Assembly: GCA_965217585.1 (NCBI GenBank)
Contig: OZ244561.1
Coordinates: 160,001 to 224,000, forward strand
Length of the DNA: 64,000 nucleotides
From: Candidatus Latescibacterota bacterium
Lineage (GTDB): Bacteria; Latescibacterota; UBA2968; UBA8231
Direction: 5' to 3'
Made by a program: the position numbers and the translations under genes. Of this stretch, positions 50,101 to 58,079 are shown piece after piece. A model generated the notes under the pieces. It worked only from the letters and a program-made list of their open reading frames with translations. It searched no databases and was not told the origin of the DNA. The stretch's first letter is position 1. Each line of letters opens with the position of its first letter.

Positions 50101-53100
50101 ATTGCCCGCGTCGTTCACCGCGCGCAACTGGAACGTGTATTCCTCGTCGTTGGTCAGACCCGTCACCACGACCCAGGCCTCGTGGGCCCCGCCCGGCGCG
50201 CTGTCGTCGATCACCGTCCACGCGGCGGGGTAGTCGCCGGTGGTCTTGAACCGGTACTCGTGGTGCGTGATGTCCGCGCCCGCATCCGGCGCGTTCCAGG
50301 TGAGCGTCACCTGCTCGTTGTTGTGCGACGCCATGAAGCCATCCGGCGAATCCGGCGGCATGGTCGAGCCGCTGCCCGAGTCCGACCAGTCGCCGGTGCC
50401 CTCGTCGTTGGTCGCCCGCACCTGCACCTGATAGGACGTGTTCTCCGACAGACTCGACAGCGTCGCCGTGGTGGAGGTGCCGGTGTAGTTGCCATCACTC
50501 CACGTCCCGCCGGTGCCTTCCCGGTACTGCACGTCGTAGTCGGTGATGGCCGGACCCGCGTTGTCCGGTGCCGACCACGTCACCGTCAGGCTCGTCGCCG
50601 AGGCCGCTGACACGTTCGGCGCGGCCGGCGTGCCCGGCGCTTCGCCGGCCACGTCCGTCACCGTCACCGTGATCGTCTGCGTCGCCGTCTTTACCCGCGT
50701 GCCTGTGCCGCTGGTCGCCTGCACCGTCACCTCGTACTCGTTGTCGGTGTCCGCGTCCTTGGCGTCCTCGAAGTTCGGCGCATCGTCGAACGTCAGCACC
50801 CCGTCCGTCGCCCCGATTGAGAAGAACGCCTCATCCGCCCCGCCGGTGATCGCGTAGCCCTCGATGTTGTCCTCGGTGTCGCTGTCCCTCGCCAGCACCG
50901 TGCCCGCCGTGGTCTGGTTCTCCGCCGCGTCGAACTCCGCATCCGAGGTGAACTCCGGCGCCGCGTTCCCCTCGTCGGCGTCGTTGATCGTCACCGTCGC
51001 CTCGGACGGGGTTCCCGCCGACACCCCGTCGGGCAGCGTCCCGAAGGAGAGCTCGACGCTCTCGCCGTCGTCGTCCGCCGTGTCATCGGTCGCCGTCAGC
51101 GTGAAGCTCTGCTCCGTGTCGGTCGCCCCAAAGGTCACGTTCTCCGGCACCCCCGACCAGTCCGCCCCGGTCTCTCCCTGCGCCGTCGCGCCGCCCGCGG
51201 CCGCCGCCGTGACCGGCACCGTCACCTCGCGCCCCGGCGCGCCGGAGAGCCGCACCGTCACGTCCACCGTGCCGCCCTCGTCCACCGAGTAGGTTGCCGC
51301 CTCGAACGACACCGCCGCCGAGCGCGGCGTCGCGCTGTCCTCGTTCGAGGAGTCGCTGAAGATACCCGCCTCCCCACCGGCAGGCGGAATGGCCGTCCGC
51401 ACCTCGAAGGTATGCGCCTGCCCGCCGACCAGGCCCGTCACCGTGTAGCCGGTCAGGTTCGAACCATCCCCTCCCACGCTGCTGTGTTGCCCGCTGTTCG
51501 GAATGTCCGTCCAGTCCCCGTAGGCTCCGTCCGTCTTGTAGCGGTACTGGTGACGGGCGAACTGCAGGTGCAACGCATGCGTGTCCCAAGCCAGCGTGAC
51601 CTCGCCGACCCCCGCCCCAGGCGACGCCGTCAGGTTCGCCGGCGTCGGCAGTCCGGTGTCCGAATCGACCACGCTCACCAGGTCCGAGGCCGGGGTGCCC
51701 ACCGTGTAGCCCGTGCCCGGCTGCACCTCCACGGTGAGGTCGCCGAGCGCCTCACGGAGATCGTCGTTTTCCAGCGCCACCGCCAGCGCCGCCGTCGCAC
51801 TGCCCGCCGCGAAGGTCACCGTGCGCGTCGCTTCCGCCCCGTCCGGCAAAAGGTCGCGGTCCGCCTGCTGCGTCACCTCCACCGTCACCGCCAGCGTCCC
51901 TGCCGTCAGCCCGACGCGGGTGAGCGTGAAGCCGGCGGCGCCTTCATTCTCGTTGACCACGTCCTTGTCCCTCGCGATCGTCACCACCGGCAGGTCATCG
52001 TCGGTGATCGTGCCCGTCGCGGTCGGGTCCGCCGCCAGTTGCGCATTCGACGACACGCCCGACAGCGTCACCGTGAAGGTCTCGTTCTCCTCGTCCGTGG
52101 CGTCCTGCGCCGTCGGCACGTCGAACGTTCCCGTCAGCTCGCCCGCCTCGACCATCACCGGCCCCGTCGTCGTCGTCCCGAGATCGTCCGCCAGAACCGC
52201 GGTGTCGCCGCTCTCGATCGACGCCGTCCAGGTCGCCGTCACGTCCGCCGCGGCCACCTCCGACAGCGTTGCCGTGAAGGTCACGTTGCCGCCCTCGGTC
52301 CCCGCCGCATCCGCGACGCTCAGCGTCGGCAGGGTGGGCGTATCGCCGCCCACCGACAGGATGGTCGCCGGCAGGCCCGAGGTCGCCCTCGCGAAGGTGT
52401 AGCCGCCGTGGCCCGCGGCTAGGGATGGCTGCGTGGTCAGGTCGATGTCGACCGTCACCGCCTCCGTCGTCCCGGACGTGCGGGTCACGGTCACCGCCGT
52501 GCCCTCCACCGAGCCCACCGCCACGGCGAGCTTGGTCACGCCGCTCGGGAGCGAGCCGTTCACCACGGTCGGCGTGAAGTCCACCGCGAAGGGCGCCCCC
52601 GCCAGCACCTTCGCCCGCGCCTGGTCGGTCCCTACCTTCTCCACCGTCACCGTGAGCGGCAGCACATCGCCGGTGTTGGGGTTGTCTCTCAGAGTCAGGA
52701 CTTCCAGCGCCGTCAGACCGGAGAGCAGCTTGTCGGGGAGCGCGGTCAGATCGTTGCCTTGCAGGTAGAGTTGCTCCAGCGCCGTCAGGCCGGACAACAG
52801 CCCGGCCGGCAGCAGACCCAGATCGTTCCCGTCCAGAGAAAGGGTTTCCAGCGCCGTCAGGCCGGAAAACAGTCCGGCCGGCAGCGAACCCAGATCGTTC
52901 CCGCTCAGCAGGATAATGGTCAGCGCCGTCAGGCCCGAGAACACCCCGTCGGGGAGCGCGGTCAGATGGTTGCCTTGCAGGTAGAGTCGCTCCAGCGCCG
53001 TCATATCGGAGAACAGGTCGGCCGGTAGCGTGGTGAAATCGTTTCGGTCCAGTTCAAGGGTGGTCACATTCGTCAGACCTGCGCAGTCGCCCGACTTCAG

Positions 53101-56100
53101 CGGGCCGATATCCTCTCCGGCCCACGACATGTAGGTGAACGAGGCCAGGTCGGCGTCGTTCACCTCCGCGCAAGTCCGCACCAAGCCCTTATCCTCCGCA
53201 AGGTAGTAGATGATGAGTTCCTGCACGACCGCCGTGCGGCCGCAGATGCCCGCCGCGGCGTAGCCGTTGACGCGGATCTGCAAGGTGGCGGAGTCGGTGC
53301 TCCAGGTAGTGCCGCTCAGGGAGTGCCTGTCATCCGCGATGGCCCAATCGTCTTCCCCTACCGTGTCCTCGACATCCACGTTGGTGGCTGCCAGCAGAAA
53401 ATCGAAAGTGCTGCCGGCGCCGGTATCGGGCTCCCCGGACACGACGATGAAGTAGGGCGTCATCTCATCGAGGTGTGTCAGAACGTCGTCGTCCGGGGCC
53501 GTGAAGGTGTTGACTGCGCCGGCGGTGATCCCCGAGGGCGGATTGTCGAACGTGAAGATGCTCGACCCCGGACTTCCGGAGTCATCTGAGTACAGGCTGA
53601 CCGTGACCGTGACGTTCTCGTGGGCCCTTATCTTGAGGCCGATGCTGTCGAGCTGGTAGCCGTTCGCGTTGTTGCCGGTGGTGAACTGCACGGCGAATGT
53701 GTTGCGAGTGGCATTGGCCGAAGCATTGTTGCTGCTCATCTGCTCGGTATTGCTGACCAGGGTGGCCGCGTCGTCGTTGTTGATCGTGCCCTTCGCGGTC
53801 GCCTCCGCAATCGACGCGTTCGACGCGTTCGAGAGCGCCACCGTGAAGGTCTCGTTCTCCTCTTCGTCCTCGTCCTCGGTCGTCGCCACCGTGAACGTCT
53901 TCCGCATTTCCCCCGGCGTGTGGGACACGACATCACCGAATTCGTCGAACACCTCGACGCCCGCGGCCGCGAAGGTCAGCGTCCCCGAATCCGCCGTATA
54001 GTCGGTTCCCTCCTCGGCGTCGTCGCTCTCCGCGTCGAGCGTGGCGGCCTCCCAGTCCACCGTCACGTCGCGGCCGCTCACGGCCGACAGCGTCACCGTG
54101 AAGGTCAGGCCATCGCCTTCCGCCGCCGAGACATCCGCCACGCTCAGCGTCGGCAGGTCGTCGTTGTCGCTGATCGTGACGGTGGCAGTCAAGGAATGGA
54201 CCAGGACCCCGCCCTCGAGCGTCGCGTTTGTCGGAAACGACACGCTCAGTCCGAAGGTCTCCTCGTCCGCCTCGTCGAGCTCGTCGTCGGTCGTCGCCAG
54301 CGTCACAGTCTTCGATATCTCGCCCGGCTCGAAGGTCAACACATCTTCGTGGGTCGGGTAGTCCTTTCCCCTCGTCGCCGTATGGCCCAAGGACGCCTCC
54401 GTACCGCTGATTGCGAAGACTGTCACTCTCTTGCCGCTCGCTGGCGACAGCGTCAGCGTGAACGTCGCGCTTTCGCCCTCGGTCACCTCCGCGTCGACCG
54501 CCGTGACGCTCAGCACGGGCGGCTCGTCGTCGTCGTTGATCGTGCCCTTCGCGGTCGCCTCCGCAATCAGCGCGTTCTCCGACGCACCCGACAGCGTCAC
54601 CGTGAAGGTCTCGTTCTCCTCGTCCGTGGCGTCCTGCGCCGTCGGCACCGTGAACGTTCCCGTCGGCTCGCCAGCCTTGACGGTCAGCGTCCCCGTCGCC
54701 GACCCGAGATCGTCCGCCAGGACCGCGGTGTCGTCGCTCTGGATCGACGCCGTCCAGGTAGCGGTCACATCCTCCGCGGCCACTGGCGACAGCGTCACCG
54801 TGAAGGTCACGTTGCCGCCCTCGTCCCCCGCGGCATCATCCCCGATGCTCAGCGCCGGCGTGAGCTCGCCCTCGACGCGCAGGACGGCGGAGAGGCCGTA
54901 GAACGGACGCGGGCTGTTGCGCGAGGTATTGAACTGGCCGTTGATCGGGCCCCTGCCGCTTGAGCTGTCGTTCGGCCGCCCGACGCGCACGTTGCTCCTC
55001 CCCAGTTCGTTGCCGTTGAGCCCGGTCCCGTTATGGTTGCTGCCCGTGAAGGGCCGGTTGCCGGTGTTGGAGGAATCGAACGGGCGCGAGCTCCCGGACG
55101 CGTTCGTGGCGTTGACCTCGTCGTCCCAGGTGTCGTCGTAGAAGTCCTCGTACTGGTCGGCGAGTCTGTTGCCGCCGAGCCAGTAGATGGGGACGCCCTT
55201 GTCGTCGGTGGTGTAGGTGGTGGCGGTGTTGTCGCGCGCGTCGTCGTCGCGTGTGCTGCCGACCGCACGAAAGCCGGAGCTGTAGTCCTCGATGGCGGCG
55301 TGGCCGGCGGCGGCGGCTTCCTGGACGAAGGCGTTGTAGATGACGATGTCGGAGGGGGCGGCGGTGCGGGTGCCGGCGGAGACGAAGAGCAGGCGGAAGG
55401 AGTGGCCGGGGCCGAGGTCGGAGGGGATCAGGTCCCAGTCGTCGGCGACCTCCATCTCGGCGAGGTCGGCGGAGGCGCGGGCGACGTTGGAGGCACCGGA
55501 AGTGCCGGCGGCGTTGATGGCGAAGACGCGGTAGTAGCGGGTGGCACCCGGGGGGAGGTCGGTGTCGGAGTACTCGGTGGCGGTGCTGCCGGTGTCGTCC
55601 ACGAGCACGGGCCAGTTCGAGCCGCCGTCCAGAGTGTGCTCGATCTTGTAGCCGGTGACGGCTGTCCCGCCGTCGCCGACCGGCGCGTTCCAGGACAGGT
55701 CGATCTGCGTGCTCCCGTTGGCGGTGGCGGTCAGGAGCGTCGGGGGGCCGGGGGCGTCGACCTCGACGCGGAAGACCTCGGAGAGGCCGTAGAACGGACG
55801 ATTCTCGTCACGACTTCCCGTTGAATTGCTACCGAGCGGGCCCTGGACGGTCGAACTGTCGTTCAGGCGCCCTTCCCGCACGAGAGACTTGCCCAGCTCT
55901 TCACCGTCGTCCCCGATCCCGTTGTGCTTGCTGCCGGTGAAGGGCCGGTTGGCATGAACGGTGTTATCGTACGGGCGCGAGTTCCCGGACGCGTCCTTGG
56001 GGTTGACCTCGTCGTCCCAGTTGCCGTTGTAGAAGTCCTGGTATTGGTCGGCGAGCTTGTTACCTCCGAGCCAGTAGATGGGGACGCCCCTGTTGGAGGA

Positions 56101-56415
56101 GCTGTGGAGGGTGGAGGTGTTGTCGCGGGCGTCGTCGTCCTCGGTGCTGGCAACGACGCGGAAGCCGGAGCTGTAGGCCCGGATGGAGGCGTGACCGTTG
56201 GCGGCGGCGTTCTGGACGTAGGTGTTGTAGGTGCCGATGTTGCTGGATTCGGCGTTGCGCGTCCCGGAAGTGAGGAACAGCAGCCGGAAGCTGTCGCCGT
56301 TGCTGAGCCCGGAGGGGACGAGTGCCCAGTTCGAGGGGACGTCCGTCTGGGCCTGGGCTGCGTTCGTCAAAACGACAAACGTGAGCAGGATTGGTACAAT
56401 GAAAAATCTGGACAT
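44176..56415 (-). CDS. Giant (4079 aa) surface protein: FN3, Calx-beta, cadherin-like, LRR, acidic low-complexity spacer, C-terminal FlgD-Ig domain
   Basis: Signal peptide; FN3 'TSYQVQVRATNDEGTGSWS'; Calx-beta 'DATDEENETFTVTLS'; cadherin-like 'FSIGATSGALTFDDAPNFE'; 24-aa LRR 'LSSLPAGVFTGLTAL'; C-terminal 'NFPNPFNS...WDARDRRGALVSAGMYLVRL'. Confidence 0.92.
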   Translation of the reverse strand: MSRFFIVPILLTFVVLTNAAQAQTDVPSNWALVPSGLSNGDSFRLLFLTSGTRNAESSNIGTYNTYVQNAAANGHASIRAYSSGFRVVASTEDDDARDNTSTLHSSSNRGVPIYWLGGNKLADQYQDFYNGNWDDEVNPKDASGNSRPYDNTVHANRPFTGSKHNGIGDDGEELGKSLVREGRLNDSSTVQGPLGSNSTGSRDENRPFYGLSEVFRVEVDAPGPPTLLTATANGSTQIDLSWNAPVGDGGTAVTGYKIEHTLDGGSNWPVLVDDTGSTATEYSDTDLPPGATRYYRVFAINAAGTSGASNVARASADLAEMEVADDWDLIPSDLGPGHSFRLLFVSAGTRTAAPSDIVIYNAFVQEAAAAGHAAIEDYSSGFRAVGSTRDDDARDNTATTYTTDDKGVPIYWLGGNRLADQYEDFYDDTWDDEVNATNASGSSRPFDSSNTGNRPFTGSNHNGTGLNGNELGRSNVRVGRPNDSSSGRGPINGQFNTSRNSPRPFYGLSAVLRVEGELTPALSIGDDAAGDEGGNVTFTVTLSPVAAEDVTATWTASIQSDDTAVLADDLGSATGTLTVKAGEPTGTFTVPTAQDATDEENETFTVTLSGASENALIAEATAKGTINDDDEPPVLSVTAVDAEVTEGESATFTLTLSPASGKRVTVFAISGTEASLGHTATRGKDYPTHEDVLTFEPGEISKTVTLATTDDELDEADEETFGLSVSFPTNATLEGGVLVHSLTATVTISDNDDLPTLSVADVSAAEGDGLTFTVTLSAVSGRDVTVDWEAATLDAESDDAEEGTDYTADSGTLTFAAAGVEVFDEFGDVVSHTPGEMRKTFTVATTEDEDEEENETFTVALSNASNASIAEATAKGTINNDDAATLVSNTEQMSSNNASANATRNTFAVQFTTGNNANGYQLDSIGLKIRAHENVTVTVSLYSDDSGSPGSSIFTFDNPPSGITAGAVNTFTAPDDDVLTHLDEMTPYFIVVSGEPDTGAGSTFDFLLAATNVDVEDTVGEDDWAIADDRHSLSGTTWSTDSATLQIRVNGYAAAGICGRTAVVQELIIYYLAEDKGLVRTCAEVNDADLASFTYMSWAGEDIGPLKSGDCAGLTNVTTLELDRNDFTTLPADLFSDMTALERLYLQGNHLTALPDGVFSGLTALTIILLSGNDLGSLPAGLFSGLTALETLSLDGNDLGLLPAGLLSGLTALEQLYLQGNDLTALPDKLLSGLTALEVLTLRDNPNTGDVLPLTVTVEKVGTDQARAKVLAGAPFAVDFTPTVVNGSLPSGVTKLAVAVGSVEGTAVTVTRTSGTTEAVTVDIDLTTQPSLAAGHGGYTFARATSGLPATILSVGGDTPTLPTLSVADAAGTEGGNVTFTATLSEVAAADVTATWTASIESGDTAVLADDLGTTTTGPVMVEAGELTGTFDVPTAQDATDEENETFTVTLSGVSSNAQLAADPTATGTITDDDLPVVTIARDKDVVNENEGAAGFTLTRVGLTAGTLAVTVEVTQQADRDLLPDGAEATRTVTFAAGSATAALAVALENDDLREALGDLTVEVQPGTGYTVGTPASDLVSVVDSDTGLPTPANLTASPGAGVGEVTLAWDTHALHLQFARHQYRYKTDGAYGDWTDIPNSGQHSSVGGDGSNLTGYTVTGLVGGQAHTFEVRTAIPPAGGEAGIFSDSSNEDSATPRSAAVSFEAATYSVDEGGTVDVTVRLSGAPGREVTVPVTAAAAGGATAQGETGADWSGVPENVTFGATDTEQSFTLTATDDTADDDGESVELSFGTLPDGVSAGTPSEATVTINDADEGNAAPEFTSDAEFDAAENQTTAGTVLARDSDTEDNIEGYAITGGADEAFFSIGATDGVLTFDDAPNFEDAKDADTDNEYEVTVQATSGTGTRVKTATQTITVTVTDVAGEAPGTPAAPNVSAASATSLTVTWSAPDNAGPAITDYDVQYREGTGGTWSDGNYTGTSTTATLSSLSENTSYQVQVRATNDEGTGDWSDSGSGSTMPPDSPDGFMASHNNEQVTLTWNAPDAGADITHHEYRFKTTGDYPAAWTVIDDSAPGGAHEAWVVVTGLTNDEEYTFQLRAVNDAGNSTAVETDPVTPMSGICGRTEQVRNAIVAAIDGVSDCADVMTAHLADVTHLDIPDMGIRSLQSDDFSDLTALKNLYLNDNALSSLPDGVFTGLTALQRIHLQNNELGSLPAGVFTGLIALHTLRLQSNELSSLPAGVFTGLTKLQRIHLNDNELSSLPAGAFSGLTALKNLYLENNELSSLPADAFTGTTALAYLHLNDNELSSLPAGVFTDLTALWQLFLQSNELSSLPAGAFTGMTKLRHLLLQSNELSSLPAGAFTDLTALGLLALGDNELSSLPAGAFTGLTQLDSLQLQGNIEDPLPLTVTLEKVESDQVRAEVLTGAPFAVDIPVTVVNGALDGGATVLDVATGSVEGTPVTVTRTAGTTAAVTADIDLTNQPSLPSGHDGYSFARAASGLPKEVFPSTDANAAPSFSSSATFDAAENQTSAGTVLATDSDSEDNIEGYAISGGADQALFSIGATDGALTFKAAPNFEDAKDADTDNEYEVTVQATSGTGTRVKTATQTITVTVTDVAGEAPGKPAAPTVSAASVTSLTVTWTAPNNAGPAITDYDVQYREGTSGSWTDGGHTGTAVTATLSGLSENTSYQVQVRATNDEGTGSWSDSGSGTTDANAAPSFSSSAAFDAAENQTTAGTVLATDGDTGDDITGYALTGGADQAFFSIGATSGALTFDDAPNFEDAQDQGTNNTYVVEVQATSGTGTRVKTATQTITVTVTDVGGEAPGKPTAPTVSAASVTSLTVSWSAPANAGPAIDDYDVQYRAGTTGDWSDGNHVGTAVTATLSSLSENTSYQVQVRATNDEGTGSWSDSGSGTTDANAAPTFSSSATFDAAENQTTAGTVLATDGDTGDDITGYAITGGADQAFFSIGATSGALTFDDAPNFEDAEDQGTDNTYVVTVQATSGTGTRVKTATQTITVTVTDVGGEAPGKPTAPTVSAASVTSLTVSWSAPANAGPAIDDYDVQYRAGTTGDWSDGNHTGTAVTATLSSLSENTSYQVQVRATNDEGTGSWSDSGSGSTDAPTVELGELEDRLLELNCALDALVDGESDARCKGIDGMSGSAANLVALQFQVIGQLPPGKYDYYDLAGWQTLYKMENGQVRITKAGDASTEDLTPARAPRDLEAKATGEGIVLSWQAPKAASDEVTGYRVLRRRPEEGENTLLILVGDTGSSATAYTDADVEEGVRYIYGVKAIRGRALSDVSNYRGVRAVALATSGPDAPPTAEEDQQPEEQQPEEEQQPEEEQQPEEEEQQPEPPPAPQNLTGVANSDGSITLSWDAPDDDTITGYQILRRRPTLGEAELLIYVADTGSTATSYTDTDATPKVRHAYRVKAINPAGVGNRSNYVNVTAAATKVEEEQPPEEDQPEEEQPEEEQPPEEDQPPEEQPPEEEQPEEEQPEEEDQPEEQPPEEEQPEEDQPPEEDQPPEEDQQSEEEEQPEENQPEEENQPEEDQQPEEEDQPEEDQQPEEDQQSEDQQQPEDQQPEEEDQQDEEDQQPPEEDQQPEEEDQQDEEDQQPPEEEDQPPEEDQQDEEEQPEEEQPEEEEQPEEEEQPEEDQPPEEENQPEEDQPPEEENQPEEEDQPEEEDQPEEEDQPEEEDQPEEDQQPEEDQQPEEDQQPEDQQQPEDQQPEEDQPEEGQQSEEQQPEDQQPEEDQQPEEEDQQDEEDQQQPEEDQQPEDQQQPEEDQPPEEEQQPEDQQQPEDQQPEDQQPEEDQQPEEDQQPEEDQQPEEDQQPEEEDQPPEEDQQPEEDQPEEDQQPEEDQQPEEEDQPEEDQPPEEDQPQEPPAPQNLMGVANSDGSITLNWDAPDDDTITGYQILRRRPYFGEDELLIYVADTGSTATSYTDTDATPEVRHIYRVKAINPAGVGNRPNSISVTAAAAKVVAASSGLAPNFPNPFNSRTLIPYRLATPGAVRLEIYNLLGQPLRTLVDQYQDAGFYQVRWDARDRRGALVSAGMYLVRLHYPGGVQTKRLLYLK
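44758..46045 (-). repeat. About 1.3 kb low-complexity E/D/Q/P repeat (PEEDQQ-like units) in the giant protein
   Basis: Degenerate units such as GGCTGTTGGTCTTCTTCC repeated dozens of times between two near-identical FN3 domains. Confidence 0.95.
47050..48890 (-). repeat. About three near-identical tandem cadherin+FN3 units (about 0.6 kb each); a further copy near 50350-50960
   Basis: GAGTCCGACCACGAGCCGGTGCCCTCGTCGTTGGT recurs at about 47069, 47681 and 48293. Confidence 0.88.
49210..49920 (-). repeat. 72-bp (24-aa) leucine-rich repeat array; a second array lies at about 52700-53060
   Basis: GGAAGCGAACTGAGTTCGTT recurs every 72 bp. Confidence 0.9.
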
Positions 56416-56888
56416 TCCTATGTCCTCTTTTTTGCTGATTGAGGTCGTGAGGATCGTGTGCTAAGGGGATAGCGAACGTTTGCGGACAGGCGCAAAAAAA
56501 GACCGCCAACATCTGCCAATAAAGGACAAACGTTCATAGCAAGTCGCCGAACAAGAGCGACCTTCGGCTGCTCGGTCCTCGACAAAGAACCGAGCAGACG
56601 CGGCCAAACAGACGTTGGCCGCAGTATGGAGAGAGTGGGTCTTAGAGAATGGGGGGGGGGGGATAAATAACTGTTTTTAAACGACTTATGAGATTATACT
56701 TGTCGTCCAAAGCCCGGGACTAGACGCTATATGGGGCCACCGCACCAAGCGCTGTCCTATCAAATGTCGGGTTATGGACCATTTTCTATTTTCGGCCAAA
56801 ATATGAATACGTGTGTCTGCTAAAGTACAAATAAATCGGGGGTTTTGTCAAGCCGCAGCACGATCAGTTGTGCTCACCAGCGCATCTA

Positions 56889-56916
56889 GTAGGGGCGACC
56901 GGCCGGTCGCCCCTAC
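56889..56916. repeat. 28-bp perfect palindrome (GTAG-type REP), copy 2
   Basis: Identical to 44152-44179. Confidence 0.9.
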
Positions 56917-56934
56917 GTAACGTCATCTACCTAC

Positions 56935-58010
56935 CTGACATTACGCAGCTTTTGTCCTCAACCCCTCATCGCTGTATCCTTTCCGCTACACTCCAACGCC
57001 TCATCTCCCCGTCCTCCCCTCTGAGCCGCCGCCGTGGCACGATTCTTGCCCGTTGTGGGTACCACCCCACCCGCAACCCAAGGCATGGCTCATGGCCGAA
57101 TTTGACACCATCGCCAAACATCTCATCCACACCTACCCCCACGACTTCGCCCGCTTCGCTCTCCAGCGCGACGACGTCGAAGTCCTCGGCGTCGTTGACA
57201 CTGAGCAACCCACCGTCGAAGCCCACCGCACCGACAGTCTCATTCGCGTACAAGTCGGCGGCGAGGAGGTATTGGTCCATCATGAATTTCAAACCACCGA
57301 TAGCAAACCGCCCATGCCGCGCCGCATGGCCAGCTACATCGGACACGGCATCGGGCAGTACGGCCTGCCGATCTACTCCACCGTCATCTATCTTCGTCCG
57401 GACGCCGGTCGGAATGATCCGGGGCACTATCTCCAAGAGCGGCACGGCTTCCACGTGTTGGTGCAATACCAAGTGATTCGGCTGAGTGAACTAGACGGCC
57501 AACGCATGCTCGACGCGGGGCATTCGGGTTTGATTCCGTTTGCGCCGTTGATGCAGCGTCCGACGGGAGTGGATGCCGAGGCGTGGTTGCGCCAGTGTGT
57601 AAACCGGGCGCAAGCAGTACCGATGGACGAGACCCTCAAGGCGAATTACTTGGCCAATCTTGCGATTTTGAGCGGATTGGTGTATAACTTAGAAACGATT
57701 AGGACCATCATCTCGGAGGAGACTATGTACGAATCGTCGGTAGTGCAGTATTTTACGGAAAAGGCCCTTGAGCAAGGCATCGAGCAAGGCATCGAGCGAG
57801 GAGGCCGAGAACGCGCCATTGAAGATCTGCTCGACGTGCTGGCGATTCGCTTTGCGCTGGCCACGTCGGATCCGTTGGCCGACCGCATTGGGGCCATTGA
57901 CGATTTGCAGCGCCTCAAGCAGTTGTTTCGGGCGGCTGTACAGGTGCCGAGCCTCGAAGCCTTTAGGCACCTGTTAGATGCCGCCGACTAGGGGCACTGC
58001 GTAACGTCAG
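56935..58010. mobile_element. Inverted-repeat-bounded element carrying the Rpn gene
   Basis: CTGACATTACGCAG (56935-56948) and CTGCGTAACGTCAG (57997-58010) are 13/14 inverted repeats, same family as the MITE ends at 17687-17931. Confidence 0.7.
57092..57991 (+). CDS. Rpn/YhgA-like recombination-promoting nuclease (putative transposase, PD-(D/E)XK)
   Basis: 'HRTDSL', 'HHEFQT', 'MPRRMASY', 'VIYL', C-terminal 'EQGIEQGIERG' repeats. Confidence 0.82.
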   Translation: MAEFDTIAKHLIHTYPHDFARFALQRDDVEVLGVVDTEQPTVEAHRTDSLIRVQVGGEEVLVHHEFQTTDSKPPMPRRMASYIGHGIGQYGLPIYSTVIYLRPDAGRNDPGHYLQERHGFHVLVQYQVIRLSELDGQRMLDAGHSGLIPFAPLMQRPTGVDAEAWLRQCVNRAQAVPMDETLKANYLANLAILSGLVYNLETIRTIISEETMYESSVVQYFTEKALEQGIEQGIERGGRERAIEDLLDVLAIRFALATSDPLADRIGAIDDLQRLKQLFRAAVQVPSLEAFRHLLDAAD

Positions 58011-58015
58011 TAAGT

Positions 58016-58057
58016 AATCGTCTGCGCCAACACTTCTTCAAGAGCGGCTTGGCCGAA
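58016..58057 (+). repeat. 42-bp imperfect direct repeat, copy 2
   Basis: 39/42 identical to 43873-43914. Confidence 0.85.
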
Positions 58058-58079
58058 CAGTGCAAAGACGTCCTCTCGG

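Noticed and set aside
56700-56760. Possible c-di-GMP-I riboswitch fragment (CAAAGCCCGGGACTA)
   Set aside because: Wrong strand for the adhesin gene and the other conserved elements are not evident.
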